Positions 14,001 through 26,500 of a stretch of DNA of 64,000 nt are shown in pieces. Location: positions 9,858,001-9,922,000 of the forward strand of contig NW_026262637.1 in the NCBI RefSeq assembly GCF_021869535.1. The letters are read 5' to 3'. The position numbers and the translations under genes were made by a program. Within the stretch, counting starts at the first letter, position 1, and every line of letters begins with the position of its first letter. The stretch comes from Mytilus californianus. Lineage: Eukaryota. Under the pieces are notes generated by a model. The model searched no databases, was not told where the DNA came from, and saw only the letters and a program-made list of their open reading frames with translations.

Positions 14001-15250
14001 AGTTGTTACAACTACTATTAGCTTGTCCGCTTAAACTCCCACTTATAGAACATCTGCCGGTACAGGGAAACAGAAAATTAGCACATCCAAATCCGGAGGT
14101 GTTTCAGTTAAGTGCATGGCGTCTATTGACGAGCAGTTTAAGACAGAGGCTTTTTCTAAAAACGTTAAGAAACTCTTGTCAGCATCATGGCGGGCAGGTA
14201 CTCAAAAGGAATATCAATTTAGATTTAGAAGATACAATAGCTAGTGTTCTGAACGGGATTTCGATATCTATACAGCCTCTTTACAAGTTTATGCAATTTG
14301 TTTAACGCATTTATATGAGAAAGCTTACAATATAGGACAATTGCAGGTTACAGGTCAATGCTGTTTTCAGTATTATCTCCCATTGAGAAAATTCCTGTAG
14401 GTTAACAACCTTATATTAAAGATTACTGAAAGGGATTCTCAATACAAGACCACCAAAACGAAAACTTTTACCAAAGTGGGATTTGCATCAGACTTACTAA
14501 AGAAAGAACCTTATGTACCAATGATAAAAGCTAATCTGAAATATGTAACTTGGAAAACAATTATTCTGATCGCAATCACTACTGTTAGAAGATGTGGGGA
14601 TTTGAAACATTGACACATTATTTAAGGAGTACAGAAGATTTAAGAGATAAGATGAACTGAATTTTTTTTAACAATAAATTAACCACATAGATCAGTGTAT
14701 TCACAAACAAATTCAATTTGGTTAGTTACAGTGATTAAACATGCAAATAAAAGGCAGAAGAAGGCAATACGTTCAAGGACACTCTACCTAGTAAATTGGA
14801 CCTTCTTGGGCTCTTTTCAAAGAAACAAAAATGAAAGATATTTTAGATAGTGCAGATTGGAGTCAAGCCAACACATTTGTTAATTTTTATTTCAAATTCC
14901 AGTTTTCGACACAAGAAGACGGACAAGTATACGTTTTAAAGTATAAACCTTATTAGAGGTTGCACTTTGTAAATACAGCTTTTTCTCAAACCACGCCTCT
15001 TTTGGAGAGATATATGATATTCATAGATATTTCGTTTTGTTTACGTACTGGTTCCCAGATATGATCTCTATGTTTCATCTCATAGAGACATAACTTGGGA
15101 ATGTTACCAGCATAAAAACATATTGTTGCGGTGAAAATTGAATTCTGAAGTAGACACAAAGTGAAGGTAGGGGTAGTACAGAATTTTAGTATAAGTTTAA
15201 ACTTTAACAAGTTCGGGGCATATGTTGAAAATATGCCGCACAGCCCTATG
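11100..15250 (+). mobile_element. Decayed DIRS1-like tyrosine-recombinase retrotransposon
   Basis: RT start LLEKEAIEKVP...SGVYNTLFVIP (13113); RNase H IRSDNVTVVQYINKQGETRS...WDLW...LKAAHI...N (13514); YR segments LLSASWRAGTQKEY, RLLKGILNTRPP and DILDSADWSQANTFVNFY (about 14840-14890); decayed inverted terminal similarity at about 11105-11160 and 15090-15140; many stops and frameshifts. Confidence 0.85.
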
Positions 15251-15559
15251 TTTTGACCTTTGAATTAAATAGAAGTGCATATCAACTTTCCATTCTAGGA
15301 TATATTTTTTTACGAAACTTCATAGTAAAAGTGGCACAGTTTTAGCCGCAAAGGGAGTTCCTATGGGAAATTGCATTGTCTATATTTACAGAAATGCAAC
15401 CTATAATGATCATCTTAGCTCACTTTGACATACGAATTTCTTCATTTAAGAGGAAACCTGTCCGTTATACGTGAACTGCATGCAGAATTCCTTACTGCTA
15501 ACAAAAACGTTGACCCCACTTTAAAACAATGTGACTTTGTTTTGTGTTGAAGTTGAAAA

Positions 15560-16730
15560 TATGACAACATCGAACCGTAATGGCTTTTGGGACAAAATGA
15601 AAAAAAAGCTCGGACCTCGAAGCCCAGAAAATCCCGATGGAGGTATACGGCGAAGATGGAACTATGAAATATGAACCTGTAGTGTCCGTGATTTATTCAT
15701 TGTTTCAATGATTTTTTAGAGCGGTATCATTCCGTCTATATGGAGATAGGCTATAATTTGTCCGATTCTAAAAGACAAATCTTCAGATACACTTTATTAG
15801 TCTAGTACTTCTCAATTAGCGAGGAATTAATTTACTTTCTTGTATATCACACTTTTATAGAGTATTCATCAACAGTCGATTGTCATCCTGTTTAGAGTCA
15901 AACGATATTTTAGTAGACGAACAAAATGGTTTTTGTTCCGATTGATATTGTTAGGATCATGTATTTACTCTTAATGCTGTAACGAGAAACCATAAGACTT
16001 TATTCGCAACTTGCATTTCAATCTTAAGAAAGCGTTCGATTTTGTTGACCGAGATTTGTTGCTATATAAACTTCTGTTAAATAACATTAATTGAAAAACG
16101 TACAACTCAATTAAAAAAATTATCTTAGTAGTTCTGCCTATGGTTGTGTGAACAACATACTTTCACAGTGGTTTGAATGAAGTTCTGGGGTTAAACAAGG
16201 AATTAATTCTTACGTTACTTTCATTTTTTGTCAACGACCTGGTAAAGAGAGTGAACAGTCTCGGACTTAGTATAAATATTGGTGACTTTACGGTCTCGTT
16301 ACTTTTATATGCGGACGACGGCTTGTTGGCATCAATCGAAACTGACATGCAATGTTTGCTTAATAAAGTTCATGAGTGGTGCAAGTGATGACGTGTTTTG
16401 ATAAATACAGAGAAATCAATAGTTATGCATTTTCGACGGTCTCGTTCTAAACGAAGTGAATTCCAGTTCAAAATCGGTGACAATCATATTCAAATAACTG
16501 ACACATATAAATACCTTGGTGTAACTTTTCACTTTCTTAAGGTCTTTAAAGATAATGTAAATTTAATATCGGAAGCTGAGGGTAGAGCTTTTGGAAGGGT
16601 CATCTCCAAGATTCGCCATTTAAAAGACTTCGGAATCAAAAAATTTCAGAAATTATTTACATCGTGTGAAGTGCCAGTGCTAGACTATAACGCTTCTATA
16701 TTTTTTCATAAAAGATAAAATGCACAAAAT
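15560..16730 (+). mobile_element. Decayed non-LTR retrotransposon (LINE) reverse transcriptase fragment
   Basis: LRKAFDFVDRDLLLYKLL, GVKQG, FVNDL...SLLLYADDG, INTEKSIVMHF...YKYLGV; broken by frameshifts and stops. Confidence 0.85.
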
Positions 16731-17498
16731 AGCGATAATCAGGTTTACATACTATATTGACCATGACAAGAAATATAAAGAAGAACCAAGCTAAAACAAG
16801 CAGAGTATTTCCAAAGATTCGTCATCAGTTATATAGAGTCAGACAATTGTGAAAGACTTAGCAAACATTGCAACTTTTTTTTTTTTTTTTTTTTTTTAGT
16901 TTTAGTTTGCAACTGAATAGGGAAAAGGATAAAGGACTTTTCTTTTGGTTTGTTTCATATGTACAGCTGGGGCATATAAATAGATAAATGTACGGTCAGG
17001 GTTTGCTAGAAAGAGGTGAAAGATACCAAAAGGACATTTAAACTTATAAGTCGAAAACAAACTAACAACGCCATAGAAAAAAACAAAAAACTACCAAAAG
17101 AAAAACAACAGTGCATAAAACACAACATAAAAAACTATACTTAGCAATACGAACCTCACAAAAAACCGAGGTGATCTCCTATGTTTGGGAAGGGTAAAAC
17201 ATTCCTATTTTTGAAGGCCGAAAGATGAACTACAGTTGTTTACATCCTTGTCCGTTGGTCACTTTTGGATAGTTGCCTCATTAGAAATCATACACCACCT
17301 CTTTTTATGTATGTTAAAACATTTGGTAAATGTAAATAATATAAAATATAACATTTTACCCATTTTCCGAATCAATTCGACAATTAAAACCGGTCAGAAA
17401 GAATTCAAGAATTGTTTAATATAGTTTAAAATCCGATAAATAAATAAGTTAGTGTGAAATAGAATACAGCCCTCCATAGATTTTTGAATGTTAAATCT

Positions 17499-17509
17499 AC
17501 TTTCGATTT
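17499..17509. promoter_or_regulatory. IRF-E-like motif upstream of RLR start
   Basis: ACTTTCGATTT (reverse AAATCGAAAGT), 29 bp before the proposed ATG. Confidence 0.4.
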
Positions 17510-17537
17510 AATGTTTTCTGAAAATTTTGTTTTAATC

Positions 17538-17562
17538 ATGGCGGCTCGGTCTCTGTTGTTTG
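17538..17562 (+). CDS. RLR exon 1 (MAARSLLF), probable start
   Basis: aatcATGGCG context; phase-1 donor G|gtaggt joins the phase-1 acceptor at 18599; IRF-like motif 30 bp upstream. Confidence 0.6.
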
Positions 17563-20500
17563 GTAGGTTGATTTTACATTTTAATGTCGTAATTTATCAA
17601 ATGTTGTACATATACACTTATTTCGACCTTCTTATTATCTTTAAGAATACAAATATTTGTTGTTAATTTATCAGTATTTACAAAGTAATTATTTCAACAT
17701 AATTTAGTTTATGTCAGACACTTTTGTCCATGATCTACGTATTAAATATATGTATATGTGTTATAGTTTATAGTTCGATCGGAGGATTATATAAGGTCAA
17801 TCTTCGTAAATTGACACAATAACTTTATTCCTAATTTGTTCAAAAGGGGCAACATGACATGAACAATTATAACACAATATGACATACACAAGATAAATGT
17901 ACATATGGTTTAATAAACAGGTTGATAAAAATATAAATAATAAGAACAATTTGACATTTGTCCATGCTCACTATTCATTTTTTTAAGAAATTGATGCTTG
18001 TAACATATTCTATTTGCTCAATTTTAACAGATGCATTTTTGTGGACGTCGCATGGCGACGTTTCCGTATGTTTTACTTTTTCCAGTGAATACTTCATCTG
18101 TTGATAATGATATATACTGTGAATGTTTTGTGTATATATTTAAATATATATTCCTATGTTGGAAGTTGCGCATGATAATGTCAAATCATAAAAATACAAT
18201 TTTTTTAGTCTCTAAGAAAACTTGTAAGATTTCCACAGCTAGTTTTGCTAAATAGGTGCAATTTGGTTACTCGGTGCAATTTGGGTACTGTGACGTTAGA
18301 TGTTCTCTCACCCAAACGTAACACAGAGGTATTGTCATCTTGTGTAATTGAACACTTTATGGGTCATTACAATTAAAATGGACTCAGTGCGTAGATACAA
18401 CTTGACGATGATTGCTTTTGTTTTGATCCGTCTTTAATCATATTGTTTTCTCTAGAACTTCATCCCATTTTATATATAAAATATAATATACACATAGAAC
18501 TACTACAATGTACTTATTATATGTTGTTTCCATAGATTTAGGGGTAAATTAGGGTTGAACACTTAGTATACTCTTACCCGAGTGTTTTTTTTTAACAGAC
18601 ATACTAGATGACGAGTTTCTTACTTTAGTAGCAACAAACATTGGAAATGAGTGGGACTCTTTGTTTATTAATCTCGGATTTAAAAGGAATAGACTGGATC
18701 ATTTTGCATATAAAAAGAACTCTTTATTGGAAACAGTACTAGATGGATTACATAATTGGAAGAAAAAACCATTAACAGACGAGCATTCAAAATCAACATG
18801 TATTAAGGAAATTCTTGACTTAGTTATAGAGGGATTACAAACAAATAAATGCAAGGGTATCGCTGATGAAATCCAGTCAACCGTCTCTAGCTCTGGTAAA
18901 ATATAAATACATGTACATTCACACTTTAGATTTTAACATGAAACAATTTAATTTAATAAGATTACAGATATTTATTCACGATGTGAAACACGTTGTTTTT
19001 AAAGTTTACGTAGGATGTTTAATTTTAAGTCCTGTGTGTGTTTGTATCAAAATATGAAATGTCCCGTTCATTATTAGTTTCAAGATCTTAGGTAGAAAAT
19101 GGTTTCAAACCTCAAAAGTTAAATTTTGAAATAAATGATCTCTGATAATTAATTCATCCGCATCAGTTATAAACCTACTAATTATTTGTAATCCTTTCTG
19201 CTCTAGATCATGGATCCATCCGCTTGTATTCAAGGCGGTTATCTGCATTTTCCTATATCATTTATTTCGACATGATTCCTTAATCATTTACAATTGGTGT
19301 GTACTACAATTATAGCCAATTATATACTCTTTAATATGGTAACAAGTAAGTATGTAGCCAACATTCTATTTATACAGTTAATAAAAACGATATTTCCTTT
19401 CATTAAGACATCAACCAAATCATTGATCTTCTCAGCGACCAATTAACAATGGATGAGAGACGTCTTGTGTTTAGTTCTCTTAAAATAACACATGAAAGTA
19501 TTCAAAGAGCATATACATCGAGCCAATCATTGAAGGCAGAAACAAAGGCTATACTGGATAATTGGTATAAAGACTTACATTTCAAATACTGGAAATGTCA
19601 AGAGCTTTTCACAGTGTTCAGAAACAGAGGCGAACTGTCTTCAATAAAGAATATCACAGAAAAGTATATGATTTCAGGTATATTTATGACAGACTTATAA
19701 CTTAGTATGCAAGTTGCTCATTTTGTCAATCTAAGAGTCACACGGGACACATTAAATAGTTTGGGGAAAAAGTCAATTGTTCCCTTAGATTAGAAAAGCA
19801 TGTGTATCGAAACAAATTAGGAACAGTCAATTTACAGAGAATGGCTGCATCAACGACCGGCGTGCTGACTACCGTGCTACTAATACTCTCTGCATGAAAC
19901 GTCCACTTACAATGGCATCGATCAAGTAGCTGTAAATGGTCGGACAGAACATAATAGAAATAAATTTAAAGAATATATATATAAAACATAATACGAATAA
20001 AACATTTTAACAAAAGTTAAAATTTGTATTACCGTAACATTGCTTTAATAGTCGCTAGCATAAATTATATCCGATAAAGAGTGAAAAAACCCAACGTACA
20101 AACATTTATTCACATGTACATGCACTCATCAATTTTTTACGAGATATTGTTCAAATATTTCAGGTCATGTACTTATGGTTGCCAATGACGATTGGATAAA
20201 AATATCTTTTAAACGAAAATATCATTTTTCAACTTATTTATTTATTTTCTTTTCTATCTAGTGAATTATTTACGTATTTGTTGATTTTTTGTTGATTGGT
20301 TTTAAATTAGATTAATTAAAAAACAATAAATGAAAAATCAACAAATTGATTAATTTATTTCATTATATGGAGGAATACCTTAATAATATACACTAGACAC
20401 ACCATTATGAAACACAAAATAATTTTTAATCATTAAGGTTGTATGTTTATATGCATATCATTAATCGACAGCAGTGAGAAGTATGTGTTACCCAATTGTC

Positions 20501-23500
20501 TAATATAAAAAAGAAGATGCGGTATGATTGCAAATGAGACAACTCGTCACAAGAGACCAAATGACACAGAAATTAACAACTATAGGTCACCGTAAGGCCT
20601 TCAACAATGCGCAAAGCCCATACCGCATAGTCAGATATAAAAGGCTCCGAAATGACAAATGTAAAACAATTCAAACGAGAAAACTAACGGCAAAATTTAT
20701 GTACAAAAAAAATTAACGAAAAACAAATATGTAACACATCAACAAACGACAACCACTGAATTACAGGCTCCTGACTTGGGACAGAAAAATACATACAGAA
20801 TGTGGCGGGGTTAAACATGTTAGCGGGATCCCAACCCTCCCCCTAACCCGGGACAGTGGTGTTACGGTACAAGAACGAACTGTAAAAATCAACTGAAAAA
20901 AGCTTAACTCATCAGATGGATACAAATAGAAATACATCTTACAAAAACACAGAGTGGAAGTGGTCGGGTACTTGTACATTCCAACAACAAAAAGACACTA
21001 AGTACAGATCTGAGAGTACTCGCAGTTACTGACAGCTAGTTAAAAGCCAATAACAAATAATAAAAAAAAAACTATTTTCAAGGACATTTAAAGGGTCAAA
21101 GAAGAAATTTTTGCATGAAAGTAGAGACTGAAAGAAAAACATAGTAATTAACAAAGCGACAAAAACACAGTTCTATCGATAATTGTAATATTTCAAAAAA
21201 AATATGCAAGTACATTTTAATTGTAGATGAATCAAATGACAACAGAGCAGAATCAACTGAGAACAGAGCAAAAGCAAGTAATCAAGGAGGGAATTCAGTA
21301 TTATCGGTCACTGAACAGAAAATTAATTCAAAGAAACGATTGATTGGTAAGTGTACGCATATCATAAACTTATATAATTATTTCATTTTTGTAGCAGAAA
21401 AGAACTTAAATAAAAAAAAGCAAATCAACCAAAAATATTTGCAACTTTTGTTCATCGAAAAGATTGCTTCCAAAAAAATACTGTTTTTACTGAGCTTTCA
21501 TTTAACATCAACCTTGTACAATACTAACGCAGTAAACCGCCAATGGTAAAACTAACATCAAAGTGTGAAGAGAGAGAGCCAACACCTTGGCCTATAGAAA
21601 GACAAAAAGACAAATTTGCGTACACACAACAATAAACAAACACTTTACAATATTACACAAAACGAATTCCATCATACATGGAGTGCAGCTCAGATATACG
21701 AAAGGGAAAATAATTTCTATTAAATAGTGACAACTGACACTGTAAATCCTGGAAGTGATTCAGTTAATTTGTTTTATATATTTTTGAAGGTAAAAAAAGT
21801 ATAAAAAAGCATTCATAAGAAACATGTAACCATAAGCTATAACTAATTTACAGACGAGACATCAGATGTTAAAGATTCAGGAGGTGAGATGAAAAAACCT
21901 AAACATGGCGATGATACAGGTAAGCATAGTTACAAAGTGGCAAAATACCTTTTTTCGTGACACATGCTCCGTTGTAATGTATGGGTTATTTTTTATAAAG
22001 AGATTGGATAACATGGATACAGGAAGTATTCAGATCACATCTTTATAAATTATAAGCTTAACAGCATGTATAAAACTATACGAAACGAATCAAATATTGG
22101 TCACAAGAAACAAAACCTTTACTTTTACATTGGTTTAAATTAGCTTTAATTTTTGTCATTAAATATAATCGTAAGTAAAACTTATTTTGTGTAAACTGGT
22201 CCAGCAACTTTTGAATTGCTAATATTCGTATTAGCTGAATCAGTCTATATCGGAACTTAATTTTAACGTTATGTAGCAAAATATGCAAGTACTACTACGA
22301 GTACTTAGTGTATTTTGTTGTTGTGGGAATGTATAAAAACCCTGCCACGTCCGGTCTGTGTATTTGTTAGATGTTTTTCTGCTTTGAATTCATCTGACGA
22401 GTTAAGCTCTTTTCAACAGATTTTTATAGTTTGTTCTTATATTGTAGTGTTACACAACTGCCCCAGGTTAGGGGGAGGGTTTGACGAAAATAAACTAGTT
22501 TAACCCAGCCACATCCTGTATGTGACTGTCCCAAGTCAGGAGCCTGTAATTCAGTGGTTATCGTCTGTTGCTGTATATCATATTTGTTTTTCGTTTGTTG
22601 CTCTGTGCATATAATAGGCCGTTATTTTTTTTTTAATTGTTTTACATTTGTCATTTCGGGGCCTGTCATAGCTGACTATGCGGTATGGGTTTTGCTTATT
22701 GACAAAGGCCGTATGGTGACCTATAGGTGTAAACCTCTATGTCATTTTTTCTCTTGTGAAGAGTTGTCTCATTGGCAATCATACCAAATCTTCTTATTTT
22801 TAATTTTGCTATATACTTTTAGTGAATTCTACAAATAGTGATGAAATAAAGTGAGTCACACAAATTGCCATCATGTCATTTATGTATTCTATTCAAACTG
22901 CCTTTGAATTGTAATTCGGCTTTGCTTGAATTAAAAACGCATGAGAATGGTTGCATATCTATTTTCTTCGGAACATGATTGTACCAAGTCAGGCATATGA
23001 CAGCAGATTAAGTCGAGCGTTTGGTTTTGTCAGGTTTAATGGACTTCCGCCTTTTTGTATTTGCATTGGAGTTCGATTGTTTTGTTAATGTAATTTTATT
23101 ATTATAGAAAAATAAATATTCCTAAAAATATAACAATATGATAATACATATTAATGTACGTTTTTGGTTTTGCTATTTTAGACGAATCAAAGGATAATAG
23201 ATTTCAACTTAGTGTTAAAGTTCATTCATTATTAACATCCACATCAGAACAAAAAGTTAATTCAAAACGATGCGCTGGTAAGTACAATAATTTTAAACAA
23301 ATACAATTCTTACAGACATGTAGACGAAAACAAAAGACCGGCGGCAAAAAAAAGGATATGCACAAAACCACAATAAGGCAACACAAACAAATCAAAATCA
23401 GTGTGATCTCAGATGCCTTAGAAGAGTGAGTAATAGAGATTTACAATAACTGTCGGACTCGGAGTCCTAGTACGAGTACGACTACAAATCATACAGGTAG

Positions 23501-26500
23501 GCTATAGGGGTGATCTCAAAATAATGAATACGCTAATTAGTTTTACCGTGTTCAATCTTTGTGAGGTAATAGGACAAAACCATCTATGAAATTAATTGAC
23601 TTTTTAACTGAGGGGTAGAAAGTGCGCTTTTTCGTTTTAAGCTCGCTTATAGATATGTGCAGAATTAAAAACCTTTCACAACAAAAATGTATTGCTTCAG
23701 TTATTTGATAATTTTGATCATTTACATTTAAAAAATGACATTTTTCAAGGGTAAAAAATTATCCTTTCATAACTGAGGAAATTATTTAAAAGGAAATTGG
23801 ATAATACTTTTGTTCAGATTTTTTTTAATAATTTTTTTTATTTTTTTTTAGGGGGGAGGGGGTGGGGGTTATTTGTTTCCACCGTATGTAGTCTTACGGA
23901 ATAAGATAAACATTTTCAATTGAATGATTGCTAATTTTATCATACCTTTTTGGGTTCGGAATATTTGATTTGTTTTTACTGCGAATGAATTGAAATGCAA
24001 TACTCCTGTTCGCATTGATTCTGTTGAGAATAAAAGAACGGAGTTCCAATGTCCCCTTCGTTGCACATATTTTATCTGGCCAAGGGCAATACCAAGTTTT
24101 TTTAAATACCTTGCAAGAATTGTACACGTGTGATCACTTGCAATGCAATTTTCTATAGAATTTTTATTTTCAAGAAACATATCATTTTTAAAAACAGTTG
24201 ATCAACACGGATTTTCGAAGTCATGGGAATTCCTGATAACAACCTTTGAAATAATTTTTATAAAATCTGGCAAATTGTACATACAGGTATTGAAAATGTT
24301 ATTTTTTTTTTTGGAATAGACATTAAGTTTTCTGTATTATTGTTTGACTGGTGCCACATGTCAAGCATTATCTGCTTACCTTTCCGGAGGACCTGATATC
24401 GTCCCTGGTTTTTGGTGAGGTTCGTGTTGCTCAGTTTTTAGTTTTCTGTGTTTCTTTTTGTATACTGTTTGTCTTTTTGTCTTTTTCGTTTTGTGCAATA
24501 GCATTGTCATTTTGTTTTCGACTTATGAGTTTGAATGTCCCTTTACTATCTTTTGCCTCTCTTTGACCTTAGTTCTTTTGTTTCTTTTTTCGGGGTTTTC
24601 TTTTCTTGAAGCTTCAAAATTTACAAGAGCATCATAAATATTATCTGCAATTCTGGTTGTAGCATTATCTGTGGATATTTCTTCAGCTTTCGCCGCAGCA
24701 TCGCCTGCATTTATATCTCCATTGTCAGGCCCATTATTCGTTTGTTTTTAATTTATGTTCCTCTACTGCTCCCACAGGAAAGGTGGTTCCTGACCATCGT
24801 CAAGAGAAAGGTGGTTAATTATTTCATCAGCAATACACGACATAAAGCCATAGTTCAAGTTTGTGATAGTCATTGATTTACCGAAACAACTTACAATTAA
24901 CACTATAATGATTAGAGTACAATGTTAACAATAATTTTATTATTTTGAGATCGCTCTTCGTCATTTAAACTGTATTACTGTAGCTCTGATCGTATTTGGA
25001 CTCATACACATATTGTAAATCTCTAATACCTATAAACAGTAATTTATAGGTGTTCAATTCGCATAAAGCTTTTATTTATTTCTATTCACACTAAGAAGTA
25101 TAAACGGATGGAATCACAACAACAGGAGTGAGACCAGATGCGTCAACTGGAAAAGCAACTCTTGCTATGCATGTATCACCTAATCCAGAAGTAATACACG
25201 GACCTGTTAATGTCAGAATGATTCATATCTTTTTTTAATCTATCGAAGGCGTTAATAAACTCAACATAGATACCAAGATTTAGATTGTAAATGCAGGACG
25301 CAGGATGAGACAAATGCATTAGTAAGAAACATAAAACTTAAAGTTAAAACTTATTTACAGACGAAATAGTAGATGTTGAGGATTCAGCGAGTAACAATAA
25401 AAAACCAAAACACGAAGAAGATACAGGTAAGCCAAGTTTTAATGTGCCAATCTGAGTTAGTTCTTATTTCATTTCTTGAAACATTTACTGCCTTATATTC
25501 TATTGTCATATTTTGATTAAATATATTGAATTAAAGAAGTATTCAAATCACGTCTTTGACAATCTTAGTCCTTACAACGGATATATATAATATAAAAAAT
25601 AAGAAGATGTGGTATGATTGCAAATGAGACAACTCTCCATAAGAGACCAACTGACACTAAAATTAACAACTATAGGTCACCGTACGGCCTTCAACAATTA
25701 GCAAAGCCCACAAAGCATAGTCAGCTACAAAAGTCCCCGAAATGACAAATGTAAAACAATTCAAACAAGAAAACTAACGGCCTAATTTATGTATAAAATA
25801 ATGAACGAAAAACAAATATGTTACACAGCAACAAACGACAACCACTGAATTACAGGCTCCTGACTTGGGACAGGCACATACAGAATGTGGCGGGGTTAAA
25901 CTCGTTTGAAGGCGCCTACCCTCCCCTAACCTGGGACAGTGGTGTAACAGTACAGCATAAAAATCAGTTGAAAAAGGCTTAACTCACCAGATGGATACAA
26001 ATAGAAATACATCTAACAACAAGAATGTGTCCATAGTATACGGATGCCCACTCGCACTATCATTTTCTATGTTCAGTGGACCGTAAAATTGGGGTCAAAA
26101 CTCTAATTTGGCATTAAAATTAGAAAGATCATATCATAGAGAACATGTGTACTAAGTCTCGGACGAACGGACGGACGAACGAACGGACGCACAGACCGAA
26201 AAACATAATGCCCCTAGGTGGGGCATAAAAACACAGAGTGGACGTGGACGGGTATTAATACATCCCCCACAACAAAATAACACTTAGTACAGATCTGAGA
26301 GTACTCGCAGTTACTGACAGTTACAGACAGCTAGTTCAAAGCCAATAACAACTAAGAAAAAAATCATGCATCTAAGACTAAAATATCAATCAGTACACAT
26401 CAGACATCCAATGAATTTAGTGTAAAGACGTCATAAACAGTCGGAAAAAACATGACATTGTGCAATGCCAAGATACAGGTATCGACAGATTGTAGAACCA

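Noticed and set aside
12441-14305. Several 60-170-aa ORFs that could be read as host genes
   Set aside because: They are frameshifted pieces of the DIRS gag, RT, RNase H and recombinase regions.
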